Shown: positions 12,501 through 24,571 of the stretch, piece by piece | How positions within the stretch are numbered: the stretch's first letter is position 1 | Layout of the letters: every line of letters starts with the position of its first letter | Origin: Eledone cirrhosa | Lineage: Eukaryota | Length of the DNA: 64,000 nt | Direction: 5' to 3' | NCBI GenBank assembly: GCA_964016885.1 | Contig: OZ024741.1 | Location: 283,836,001-283,900,000 of the forward strand | Notes under the pieces: generated by a model | Database searches by the model: none | What the model was told of the DNA's origin: nothing | What the model saw: only the letters and a program-made list of their open reading frames with translations | Position numbers and translations under genes: made by a program

Positions 12501-15500
12501 GAGAAGAGGTGTTATTGTGAGGTAGTGGTAACAGAGAGAAGAGGTGTTATTGTGAGGTAGTGGTAACAGAGAGAGGAGGTGTTATTGTGAGGTAGTGGTA
12601 ACAGATAGAGAGGTGGTGTTATTGTGAGGTAGTGGTAACAGAGAGAGGAGGTGTTATTGTGAGGTAGTGGTAACAGATAGAGAGGTGGTGTTATTGTGAT
12701 GTAGTGGTAACAGAGAGAGGAGGTGTTATTGTGAGGTAGTGGTAACAGATAGAGAGGTGGTGTTATTGTGAGGTAGTGGTAACAGAGAGAGGAGGTGTTA
12801 TTGTGAGGTAGTGGTAACAGATAGAGAGGTGGTGTTATTGTGAGGTAGTGGTAACAGAGAGAGGAGGTGTTATTGTGAGGTAGTGGTAACAGATAGAGAG
12901 GTGGTGTTATTGTGAGGTAGTGGTAACAGAGAGAGGAGGTGTTATTGTGAGGTAGTGGTAACAGATAGAGAGGTGGTGTTATTGTGAGGTAGTGGTAACA
13001 GAGAGAGGAGGTGTTATTGTGAGGTAGTGGTAACAGATAGAGAGGTGGTGTTATTGTGAGGTAGTGGTAACAGAGAGAGGAGGTGTTATTGTGAGGTAGT
13101 GGTAACAGATAGAGAGGTGGTGTTATTGTGAGGTAGTGGTAACAGAGAGAGGAGGTGTTATTGTGAGGTAGTGGTAACAGATAGAGAGGTGGTGTTATTG
13201 TGAGGTAGTGGTAACAGATAGAGAGGGTGTTATTGTGAGGTAGTGGTAACAGATAGAGAGGTGGTGTTATTGTGAGGTAGTGGTAACAGATAGAGAGGTG
13301 GTGTTATTGTGAGGTAGTGGTAACAGAGAGAGGAGGTGTTATTGTGAGGTAGTGGTAACAGATAGAGAGGTGGTGTTATTGTGAGGTAGTGGTAACAGAT
13401 AGAGAGGGTGTTATTGTGAGGTAGTGGTAACAGAGAGAGAGGTGGTGTTATTGTGAGGTAGTGGTAACAGATAGAGAGGTGGTGTTATTGTGAGGTAGTG
13501 GTAACAGATAGAGAGGTGGTGTTATTGTGAGGTAGTGGTAACAGAGAGAGGAGGTGTTATTGTGAGGTAGTGGTAACAGAGAGAGGAGGTGTTATTGTGA
13601 GGTAGTGGTAACAGATAGAGAGGTGGTGTTATTGTGAGGTAGTGGTAACAGAGAGAGGAGGTGTTATTGTGAGGTAGTGGTAACAGAGAGAGGAGGTGTT
13701 ATTGTGAGGTAGTGGTAACAGAGAGAGGAGGTGTTATTGTGAGGTAGTGGTAGCAGATAGAGAGGTGGTGTTATTGTGAGGTAGTGGTAACAGATAGAGA
13801 GGGAGGTTGTTATTGTGAGGTAGTGGTAGCAGATAGAGAGAGGTGTTATTGTGAGGTAGTGGTAACAGATAGAGAGGTGGTGTTATTGTGAGGTAGTGGT
13901 AACAGAGAGAGGAGGTGTTATTGTGAGGTAGTGGTAACAGATAGAGAGGTGGTGTTATTGTGAGGTAGTGGTAACAGATAGAGAGGTGGTGTTATTGTGA
14001 GGTAGTGGTAACAGAGAGAGAGGAGGTGTTATTGTGAGGTAGTGGTAACAGATAGAGAGGGTGTTATTGTGAGGTAGTGGTAACAGAGAGAAGAGGTGTT
14101 ATTGTGAGGTAGTGGTAACAGAGAGAGGAGGTGTTATTGTGAGGTAGTGGTAACAGATAGAGAGGGTGTTATTGTGAGGTAGTGGTAACAGATAGAGAGG
14201 AGGTGTTATTGTGAGGTAGTGGTAACAGAGAGAGGAGGTGTTATTGTGAGGTAGTGGTAACAGATAGAGAGGGTGTTATTGTGAGGTAGTGGTAACAGAT
14301 AGAGTGGTGGTGTTATTGTGAGGTAGTGGTAACAGATAGAGAGGGTGTTATTGTGAGGTAGTGGTAACAGATAGAGAGGTGGTGTTATTGTGAGGTAGTG
14401 GTAACAGATAGAGAGGGTGTTATTGTGAGGTAGTGGTAACAGAGAGAGAGGTGTTATTGTGAGGTAGTGGTAACAGATAGAGAGGAGGTGTTATTGTGAG
14501 GTAGTGGTAACAGAGAGAGAGGAGGTGTTATTGTGAGGTAGTGGTAACAGAGAGAGAGGAGGTGTTATTGTGAGGTAGTGGTAACAGAAGGAGAGGTGTT
14601 ATTGTGAGGTAGTGGTAACTGAGAGAGGAGGTGTTATTGTGAGGTAGTGGTAACAGAGAGAGAGGAGGTGTTATTGTGAGGTAGTGGTAACAGATAGAGA
14701 GGTGTTATTGTGAGGTAGTGGTAACTGAGAGAGGAGGTGTTATTGTGAGGTAGTGGTAACAGAGAGAGAGGTGGTGTTATTGTGAGGTAGTGGTAACAGA
14801 GAGAGAGGTGGTGTTATTGTGAGGTAGTGGTAACTGAGAGAGGAGGTGTTATTGTGAGGTAGTGGTAACAGAGAGAGAGGAGGTGTTATTGTGAGGTAGT
14901 GGTAACAGATAGAGAGGGTGTTATTGTGAGGTAGTGGTAACAGATAGAGAGGAGGTGTTATTGTGAGGTAGTGGTAACAGAGAGAGAGGAGGTGTTATTG
15001 TGAGGTAGTGGTAACAGATAGAAAGGAGGTGTTATTGTGAGGTAGTGGTAACAGAGAGAAGAGGTGTTATTGTGAGGTAGTGGTAACAGATAGAGAGGTG
15101 GTGTTATTGTGAGGTAGTGGTAACAGAGAGAGGAGGTGTTATTGTGAGGTAGTGGTAACAGATAGAGAGGTGGTGTTATTGTGAGGTAGTGGTAACAGAG
15201 AGAGGAGGTGTTATTGTGAGGTAGTGGTAACAGAGAGAGAGGTGGTGTTATTGTGAGGTAGTGGTAACTGAGAGAGGAGGTGTTATTGTGAGGTAGTGGT
15301 AACAGAGAGATAGGAGGTGTTATTGTGAGGTAGTGGTAACAGAGAGAGAGGTGTTATTGTGAGGTAGTGGTAACAGAGAGAGAGGTGTTATTGTGAGGTA
15401 GTGGTAACAGAGAGAGGAGGTGTTATTGTGAGGTAGTGGTAACAGATAGAGAGGTGGTGTTATTGTGAGGTAGTGGTAACAGAGAGAGAGGTGGTGTTAT

Positions 15501-18335
15501 TGTGAGGTAGTGGTAACAGAGAGAAGAGGTGTTATTGTGAGGTAGTGGTAACAGATAGACAGGAGGTGTTATTGTGAGGTAGTGGTAACAGAGAGAGAGA
15601 GAGGTTGTTATTGTGAGGTAGTGGTAACAGAGAGAGGAGGTGTTATTGTGAGGTAGTGGTAACAGAGAGAGGAGGTGTTATTGTGAGGTAGTGGTAACAG
15701 AGAGAGGAGGTGTTATTGTGAGGTAGTGGTAACAGAGAGAGGAGGTGTTATTGTGAGGTAGTGGTAACAGATAGAGAGGAGGTGTTATTGTGAGGTAGTG
15801 GTAACAGAGAGAGGAGGTGTTATTGTGAGGTAGTGGTAACAGATAGAGAGGAGGTGTTATTGTGAGGTAGTGGTAACAGAGAGAGGAGGTGTTATTGTGA
15901 GGTAGTGGTAACAGAGAGAGAGGTGTTATTGTGAGGTAGTGGTAACAGATAGAGAGGGTGTTATTGTGAGGTAGTGGTAACAGAGAGAGGAGGTGTTATT
16001 GTGAGGTAGTGGTAACAGATAGAGAGGTGGTGTTATTGTGAGGTAGTGGTAACAGATAGAGAGTGTGTTATTGTGAGGTAGTGGTAACAGAGAGAGGAGG
16101 TGTTATTGTGAGGTAGTGGTAACAGAGAGAGAGGTGTTATTGTGAGGTAGTGGTAACAGAGAGAGGTGTTATTGTGAGGTAGTGGTAACAGAGAGAGGAG
16201 GTGTTATTGTGAGGTAGTGGTAACAGATAGAGAGTGTGTTATTGTGAGGTAGTGGTAACAGAGAGAGAGGTGTTATTGTGAGGTAGTGGTAACAGAGAGA
16301 GGAGGTGTTATTGTGAGGTAGTGGTAACAGAGAGAGGAGGTGTTATTGTGAGGTAGTGGTAACAGAGAGAGAGGGTGTTATTGTGAGGTAGTGGTAACAG
16401 AGGGAGAGGGAGGTTGTTATTGTGAGGTAGTGGTAACAGAGAGAGGAGGTGTTATTGTGAGGTAGTGGTAACAGAGAGAGGAGGTGTTATTGTGAGGTAG
16501 TGGTAACAGAGAGAGGAGGTGTTATTGTGAGGTAGTGGTAACAGATAGAGGAGGTGTTATTGTGAGGTAGTGGTAACAGATAGAGAGGTGGTGTTATTGT
16601 GAGGTAGTGGTAACAGAGAGAGGAGGTGGTGTTATTGTGAGGTAGTGGTAACAGAGAGAGGAGGTGTTATTGTGAGGTAGTGGTAACAGAGAGAGGAGGT
16701 GTTATTGTGAGGTAGTGGTAACAGATAGAGAGGTGTTATTGTGAGGTAGTGGTAACAGATAGAGGAGGTGTTATTGTGAGGTAGTGGTAACAGATAGAGA
16801 GGTGGTGTTATTGTGAGGTAGTGGTAACAGAGAGAGGAGGTGTTATTGTGAGGTAGTGGTAACAGATAGAGGAGGTGTTATTGTGAGGTAGTGGTAACAG
16901 AGAGAGGTGGTGTTATTGTGAGGTAGTGGTAACAGAGAGAGGAGGTGTTATTGTGAGGTAGTGGTAACAGAGAGAGGTGGTGTTATTGTGAGGTAGTGGT
17001 AACAGAGAGAGGAGGTGTTATTGTGAGGTAGTGGTAACAGATAGAGAGGAGGTGTTATTGTGAGGTAGTGGTAACAGAGAGAGGAGGTGTTATTGTGAGG
17101 TAGTGGTAACAGAGAGAGGAGGTGTTATTGTGAGGTAGTGGTAACAGAGAGAAGAGGTGTTATTGTGAGGTAGTGGTAACAGAGAGAGGAGGTGTTATTG
17201 TGAGGTAGTGGTAACAGAGAGAGGAGGTGTTATTGTGAGGTAGTGGTAACAGATAGAGAGGTGGTGTTATTGTGAGGTAGTGGTAACAGATAGAGAGGGT
17301 GTTATTGTGAGGTAGTGGTAACAGAGAGAAGAGGTGTTATTGTGAGGTAGTGGTAACAGAGAGAGAGGTGGTGTTATTGTGAGGTAGTGGTAACAGAGAG
17401 AGGAGGTGTTATTGTGAGGTAGTGGTAACAGAGAGAGGAGGTGTTATTGTGAGGTAGTGGTAACAGAGAGAGAGGTGGTGTTATTGTGAGGTAGTGGTAA
17501 CAGGGAGAGGAGGTGTTATTGTGAGGTAGTGGTAACAGATAGAGAGGAGGTGTTATTGTGAGGTAGTGGTAACATATAGAGAGGTGGTGTTATTGTGAGG
17601 TAGTGGTAACAGATAGAGAGGTGGTGTTATTGTGAGGTAGTGGTAACAGAGAGAGAGGAGGTGTTATTGTGAGGTAGTGGTAACAGATAGAGAGGTGGTG
17701 TTATTGTGAGGTAGTGGTAACAGAGAGAGGAGGTGTTATTGTGAGGTAGTGGTAACAGAGAGAGAGGAGGTGTTATTGTGAGGTAGTGGTAACAGAGAGA
17801 GGAGGTGTTATTGTGAGGTAGTGGTAACAGATAGAGAGGTGGTGTTATTGTGAGGTAGTGGTAACAGAGAGAGGAGGTGTTATTGTGAGGTAGTGGTAAC
17901 AGAGAGAGAGAGAGGTTGATATTGTGAGGTAGTGGTAACAGAGAGAGAGGGTGTTATTGTGAGGTAGTGGTAACAGAGAGAGGAGGTGTTATTGTGAGGT
18001 AGTGGTAACAGAGAGAGGAGGTGTTATTGTGAGGTAGTGGTAACAGAGAGAGAGGGTGTTATTGTGAGGTAGTGGTAACAGAGAGAGGAGGTGTTATTGT
18101 GAGGTAGTGGTAACAGAGAGAGAGGGTGTTATTGTGAGGTAGTGGTAACAGATAGAGAAAGAGGGTGTTATTGTGAGATAGTGGTAACAGAGAGAGAGAA
18201 GTTGTTATTGTGAGGTAGTCGTAACAGAGAGAGAGGTTGTTATTGTGAGGTAACAGAATGAAAGGGGGTTATTGTGAAGGTAGTGGTGAGAGAAAGAGAG
18301 AGGTTGTTGTGAGGTAATGGTAACAGAGAGAGGGG
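9600..18335. repeat. Intronic minisatellite array, unit ~35-37 bp GGTGTTATTGTGAGGTAGTGGTAACAGA(G/T)AGAG..., ~8.7 kb, roughly 240 copies
   Basis: Direct reading; invariant ~28-bp core plus variable (GA)n segment; degenerate edges. Confidence 0.97.
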
Positions 18336-18699
18336 GGGGAGTAGTTTCAGTGGCTATCCATTGATTTTGACAAAGAATATTCTAGATGTTTGATCAATGA
18401 AACCACCTATTTGTGAAACTAACGTGTAAGTGGCTGAGTATTCCACAACCATATGAACCTTTCATATAATTCCCAGGCAAACACATTATGTAACATAGAT
18501 AGATCACTGAATTACAGGTACAGTCCATCTGACTAACTTCCAAACAATTTCCTTTTATCCCGTTTTACTTATAGATTTGGCTGAAGGTGAAGCTATTGTA
18601 AATGATATTTGTCTAAGATACCATACAGTGGAATTGATCCTATGAACTCAGAATTGGGAAGCAAGCTTCTTAATCTCTCAGCCATGCTTGAGTCAACTT

Positions 18700-19115
18700 G
18701 TAGCTATGATGCTAGTTGTTGATGTAGTAATTATGATAGTGCTAGATGTAATAGTATTTATGCTGGAGTTAGTGTCTGCTAAAGTAGTTATGACAATGAT
18801 GTGAGCTTTAATAGTAGTTATGATGGTGTTGGTTGTTTTATTAGTAGTTATGACGGTGTACATAGTTGCAGTAGATGTTATGACAATGCTAGTATTTGTA
18901 ATATTAGTGATAAAGATGGTGGTGGCTATAATAGTAGTTATGAGGATGGTGGTGGCTATAATAGTAGTTATGAGGAAGGCAGTGGATGTAATAGTTAGTA
19001 AGATGCCCATTGTAATAATAATGAGAGCACTGGCGGCTGTAATACTAGTAACAAGGATGGTAGGATCTGTAATAAAAGTTATGATGAAACTAGTGGGTGC
19101 AATAGCTTTATAATG
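18700..19115. repeat. Degenerate 30-bp tandem repeat (GTAATAGTAGTTATGATG...); homologs at about 44335-44845, 45865-46495, 46940-47420, 59610-59900
   Basis: 30-nt periodicity gives T/I-rich and V/M-rich pseudo-ORFs. Confidence 0.8.
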
Positions 19116-19294
19116 ATACTGTTGGCTGAAAGAGTAGCACAGTTTAATATTTTTTACATTGTTAAAGTTGGGACCACTCAGTGAGATTTCAATACCTAAG
19201 TAGAATTTGAACCCAGACTGCAAAGTTCCAAAACAGATCCTTGCAAGGCATCACACCCAACACTTAATAATTCTGCCAATCTGTCATCTTGAAC

Positions 19295-19430
19295 TGGTAA
19301 TTTATTTTATCAGCCATGAAATCATGAAAGTCAAAGTTGACCTTGGAGGGATTTGAACTCAGAGCACAGAGAGCCAGAACAAATACCACAAGATCTTCTG
19401 TCTGATGTTATAATGACTCCACCAATTCAT
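19295..19430 (-). mobile_element. Old Nin-domain SINE fragment at the homologous intron position in all four modules (also ~36665, ~47880, ~60285)
   Basis: TTTATC...ATGAAAGTCAAAGTTGACCTTGGAGGGATTTGAACTCAG matches reverse complement of the SINE at 46081. Confidence 0.7.
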
Positions 19431-19686
19431 AGAATATTGTATATTTATCAAGAGACATGATTTCCTCCTCACACATACTTTTTACACTTTAACCATTTCA
19501 TTACCATATTTCTTATGAAAGACATTGATTATGGTATTGAAATAATTTTGAAACTAATCAATTATTTGGATAGAATTGGTAATATAACTAACTTTCTCAT
19601 TATTAATCTGGTGTTTGGGACAAAACTTAAGAAATTTTTATACATACAGTGGAAGCTTTTAGATTGATATAAACACTTTAAATAAA

Positions 19687-20540
19687 TTTGTTTTGTCAGG
19701 TTTTTTTATATAAAATCATGTATTGAAACAAATATTGTCACATTTGGGGAGGGTCATGTTATGATATTTCCAGAAATATATAGTAAAACACACTCACAGT
19801 TTGGTTTGTTTCTCGCTTCAGTATATTTAATATTTCTATAATCAATTCAGTTGGGAATCAATGTTTATCGTAGATTGACCAACAGTTAAAAATATAGATA
19901 TAAATACAGAAAAGACAGTTTGGTACTATACAAACATGCCAGACTAAGACTTGATGGTATTATAGACAACATAGAAATTAAAATAATATCCAAACATAGG
20001 AATGACTCAACAAGTAAACAAATTAGGGAAGCAACTGAAATAGATTTAAGAAAACCGAGACTGAACAGAAAACGTGAATGGAATAACAACAGCCATACAC
20101 AAACACAATAGTTACAGATACAATAACAACACCCACACATAAACACTTACTAGTGACCAAAGTTAGAATACAAATACACACAGACTCAGACATGAACATA
20201 CACCAAACAGAAAAACATGCACACAAACAGAGACAACAATAAATAAATAAATTAATAAATAAATAAAATAGAATAAGAAAACATTACAGCAATACAATGG
20301 GAGGAAACATTATGATATCACTGATGATGTCACAAGTATGTAACAAAAGAACACTTTGAGAAACGATATTTATATCTATATTTTCAACTGTTGGTCAATC
20401 AATGATAAACATTGATTGTCAGCTGAATTAATTATAGAAATATAAAATATACTGAACCGAAAACCAAACCAAACAGTGAGTGTGTTTTACTATATATTTC
20501 TGGCAATATTATAACAACATGACCCTCCCTAAATATAACA
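19687..20540 (+). mobile_element. 5'-truncated Penelope-like element with inverted pseudo-LTR arms (about 19735-19905 / 20367-20540)
   Basis: GIY-YIG C-terminus (KQIREATEIDLRKPRLN); degenerate CTGATGA...GAAAC at 20321-20364; flanking ACTTTAAATAAA duplication; empty site in modules 2-4. Confidence 0.75.
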
Positions 20541-20658
20541 ACTTTAAATAAAGTTTTGTTCTATAAAACCAGAGGCAGTTTTAGGCAGTTTGGTTAAGAA
20601 AAAGTTAAGTAAATATGCCAAAACAAACAACTATTTGATAAACTAAAGAAAAACTTAC

Positions 20659-20727
20659 CAATGGTTTTCCCAGAACAATTAATTGGACGAACATAAAATA
20701 CCTGGTAGGGGTTATTAAGTTTATACA
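20659..20727 (-). CDS. Module 1 exon B (69 nt; one-codon deletion): VYKLNNPYQVFYVRPINCSGKTI
   Basis: ccttccttctttcag acceptor, G|GTAAGT donor; indel versus paralogs is exactly 3 nt. Confidence 0.85.
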
Positions 20728-21505
20728 CTGAAAGAAGGAAGGTAGACTGGTGATTAGTTTTGTGATAACATAATTAATGTAGTGATGCAGGAAGTTTTAA
20801 TTAGAATTAAATACCTTGTAAATAAACAATAATAATTATTTTCACAATAAACTCTGATCAATAAAGACAAGGGTGACAACTCTGGTATTTCAATTAATTA
20901 AAATTAAAGAAAAATAGAATGCATTAGGGGGAGTTGGTATTATCTAACCTTTAGTAGTGTAGTGACAATTCAAGACATGTTTGTATATTGTCAGACCTCT
21001 TCTGAAAAGCATGGTCCAACTGGAGCTGTTGGATTTTAAGCTATTTATTATTTTACGCTTTTACTTACTGAACTACTGCTTGATTTAGTCAATCATATCA
21101 ACCCCAGTATATCATTTTTCAAATTTGATACATATTTTATCAATCTCTCTTTCACCAACTTGCTAAGTTATAAAACAAACACACACAGACACAAATGTTA
21201 AAACAGCCATACACACACATATATATATGACACGCTTCTGTATTTGTAGTTTCCATCTAACAAATTCCACTGACCAGGTATCAGTCAACCTAAGGCTATA
21301 GGAGAGGACATTTGCCCAAGGGGTCATGCAGCAGGTTTGAACCCAGAATCAACTGGCTGCAAAGTAAACTCTGTAACCACTCATCCATGCCTGCAATTAT
21401 ATATATATAAACAGATTATTTTATTGTGACACCAGTACTATCACTTTACAGAATGTACTGGGTGTATTTTAACATGGTACTAGCACTAAGGAGGTTGTCC
21501 TATAC

Positions 21506-21529
21506 TCAGCCAGATACTACCTGTTAATA
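21506..21529 (-). CDS. Module 1 candidate micro-exon: 9 nt (21521-21529, VLT) or 24 nt (VLTGSIWL)
   Basis: Long pyrimidine tract cctcttttccctttgatctctgtttcag; donors CAG|GTAGTA or GA|GTATAG; paralog at 62257-62280. Confidence 0.45.
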
Positions 21530-22649
21530 CTGAAACAGAGATCAAAGGGAAAAGAGGAATCCATTATCCTCTCAATAGGGCAATAACAAGACTTAATAAA
21601 CCTAGACATACCACTTCCGTTTTGAGCTGGTCACTATCAAATTCTCTGCTGTTCTCAGTGCCTGGGTTTCTTTTTGTGCTGGCCACTATCAAGATCTCTA
21701 CTGTCATGATCCCTGTACTGCTATTTAAATAAAAGTGGGGGGAGTGTATCCCACCTAAGGAAGGAGCCCTGTAAGGTGGAGTGGCTGATGCAGCCAGTGA
21801 CACTGGCTGTTCTCTGTAACAATACCTTTAGTATTTTGTCTACAGGGAGCAGCTGAGACATATCACATAGACAGGGTGTAGAGTCTGCTAATCCCTTCTT
21901 TTACTTTCACCATTTAATAGTTTTCTTCTCTTTCTTTAATTTATAAACACACATTATATAATGGAACTGAAATTTGATGAATAAAGTTTTCCCCTATTAA
22001 CTTTTACTGGCTGTGTGGTTATTTGAAGTTGTGGAATTGATCTGGAGATTTGGAATAATGACAATAAAACAGCTGAAGGTATATTACTGATAATAGACTA
22101 AAGTAAATAGAAAATACTTCTTTAACAAGAAATGTATACTGCCAACATTACATTACTTTCATACTTATACCGCTAGTTCAACCTTTATATTAATACCGCT
22201 AGTACAACCTGTAAAGTAGTTGGTGAAAGGAAGAGCATATAGTTGTGGAAAGCCTTTCAAACAAATGGTTGGGAGAGTTTTTTGGCTTCCCTAGTGTTTG
22301 TGTCATGATAAAATGCACTTCCTAGAATATGGGTTTGTATGCCAGGCTCCTGGACCACATGGAAATCAAATGTGCTACATGAGTACTGATAAGTCTGTGA
22401 CATCATATCTAATACTTGTTAATGGGAAAAATGGTTGTTAAATGATGATGATGACAATGGCAGCTAGTTTAGACAAGATAAAGAGGATTCCCATAATAAT
22501 TGAATATTAAATAATCTAACAATTTTAGAATTAAAGTATGATTTTACAAGACAATAAGTATAACACCACTATTTAGCTCCCAATATTTACATCGGATAAG
22601 AACATAGCTTAGATCAGAACATAGCTGCATCAGAACTACTTCATACCTT

Positions 22650-23680
22650 GCAATAACAATATTTCATATGTGATTTGGTTAAATAAACCAATCATATTAG
22701 ATCGTGTATGATCGTGTATGAATACATTGTCGTGTATGAATACATTGTCGCCTCTTCCTCGTAAATCCACCTAGTTCACCAGAGAGATGACCTTGGCCAG
22801 CAAGATGAAAATATGTACTACAGAATAGCGCTTACATATTCCTCATATTTTCCTGTGAAGAGGAACTAAATATTTATCAACGAGACCTATTCAACATTTC
22901 AGGAATTGTTCTATTATGTTATCAACATGAAATATTCAACGTTTCCTGTTTTGTTCAAGAAAGTTTCTGCCTAGCTTCAATCTAATGGCCAGTAATTGCT
23001 TTCATTTCTTATATCCTCCTGTGTGTATATAAAATTGGCCTTCAAAAAATAAATATGAATTTATATCGAATTGAGTGTTAAAAATATAATTATTTATACA
23101 TGGATGTCAGAAGCCTGTCGCTGCAAGTAAAAGAAGAAAGACCACACTAAACAAGGTCTATAAATGTTTCAACCTGTAATTATTAATAGATATTTAACTC
23201 TCTTTTCATTATAAAATGGTGACCCCAACAACAACGAACAATTTTTCTTCGCTCATGGAAATTTCATTCAATATTGCCACCTACTTTGTCTTCGTCATGG
23301 TCTTTTCACGCATTTTCGGGACACAAAACTTTTTTTTCCAAAATGGCGTCTTGTTCACCTGTCCTGCACCTTCGTTTTGGTTTGAACATGCGCAGTGAGT
23401 GTGCACTCCAGACTTACAAACTTGAGTGACAAACTTTCTCTCTCTCTCTATCAAATCGGTGTATTTTTATGGAAACAAAGAAAGACATTTTGTTTTTCTT
23501 TCTGCCAAGAATAGCAACCCTTACAATATCATTAACAACGGGAAGCAACTCTCAACCAATGTATATAGGTGATGTTCGAATTTGGCTCGCACAAATGGAA
23601 TCTTATTTTCTGGCCAATAATATATCTTCAGATACTCGAAGATACATTATTGATATATACTCAAACATAGCTAAGTTCAG
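22650..23680 (+). mobile_element. Ty3/Gypsy LTR-retrotransposon remnant (putative LTR, PBS, gag start); boundaries approximate
   Basis: TGGTGACCCC at 23217-23226 resembles a tRNA-Trp primer-binding site; downstream DVRIWLAQMESYFLANNISSDTRRY resembles gypsy gag N-terminus. Confidence 0.55.
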
Positions 23681-23684
23681 AGGA

Positions 23685-23810
23685 TAGCTTACATTAGAGC
23701 ATAGCTTAGATCAGAACATAGTTTAGATTAGAATATAGCTTAAATCAGGTCATAGCTTAGATTAGAATGTAGCTTAGATAAGAATGTAGCTTAGAACAGA
23801 ACATAGCTAT
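23685..23810. repeat. 17-bp tandem repeat (AGAACATAGCTTAGATC); further units at about 22597-22635
   Basis: Direct reading; array appears split by the gypsy remnant. Confidence 0.75.
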
Positions 23811-24037
23811 GAGATTCATTCCCCACTTCTTGTACTGAAAAACCCACCACCACCACTTTCTGATTTAAAAATGGAAGCATAAGAATGACACAAGATATCC
23901 TGCTCTGAATTAGTTTCATCTATTCTCATTTTGATGAAGAGATTTTACTCTGAAATATGAAAGACTATTAAACACCTCTTAGGAAACATTCCAGCATCTT
24001 TCTAATCATCATTTTTAACCATTTAATGTCCCACATA

Positions 24038-24291
24038 AAGAATGGAATTTACGTATAAGCTAAACAAACTATAGCTTAGGGCCCCCACTTTCTTGGGGCC
24101 CCGAAAAAATTGAAAAAAACGGTGTGTACATTTCCAAAATTTAAGATAAAAAAGAACTAAAATAATGCAATAGTTTTAAACAGTTTTCTGCTTTAATATT
24201 GAACGTTTTGCAGTTTTTATAACATTTTTTTTATAACATATAAAGGGCCCCATTATAGCTTAGGGCCTCATCAAATCTAAATCCAGCCCTG
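24038..24291. mobile_element. hAT-type MITE with 8-bp target-site duplication CCCACATA
   Basis: TSD at 24030-24037 and 24292-24299; right terminus reads CAGGGCTGGATTTA on minus strand; GGGCCC subterminal motifs; empty site in module 4 (~63235). Confidence 0.75.
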
Positions 24292-24495
24292 CCCACATAC
24301 ATTGCTGTAGCCATCTAATAATACACCTTATTTTCTAATTCATTTCTTTTTAGTAAGTACATAAAATACAGTTAAGATAAATCATATGCTTCATTCTGAT
24401 CAACACAGAAAAATTATTCAAAATACTACACACAATGCATTGCATTTATGCTAACAGAGCTACCAAGTAAAAGAAAATTAAATGGCATTACTCAC

Positions 24496-24540
24496 CTTGT
24501 TCATACATTTCATTTCTAGGTAAAATTGAGGATAAATTAG
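24496..24540 (-). CDS. Module 1 exon C (45 nt): ANLSSILPRNEMYEQ
   Basis: ttttcag acceptor, CAAG|GTGAGT donor. Confidence 0.8.
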
Positions 24541-24571
24541 CTGAAAATATATAATAATAATAATAATAATG

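Noticed and set aside
9600-18335. CRISPR-like array or mucin-coding repeat
   Set aside because: No unique spacers (only (GA)n length variants), no cas genes, eukaryotic context; the 35/37-nt unit shifts frame and brings stops into all frames
18693-19223. Thr/Ile-rich ORF as a mucin-like stalk exon (also 46650-47478, 59677-59928)
   Set aside because: 30-bp repeat artefact; the nearby acceptor gives an early stop in phase 1; the homolog in module 3 is broken by three TE insertions and the tract is absent from module 2
20321-20370. Functional hammerhead in the module 1 Penelope insertion
   Set aside because: CTGATGA and GAAAC are present but stem III and the cleavage triplet appear deleted; kept only as a remnant
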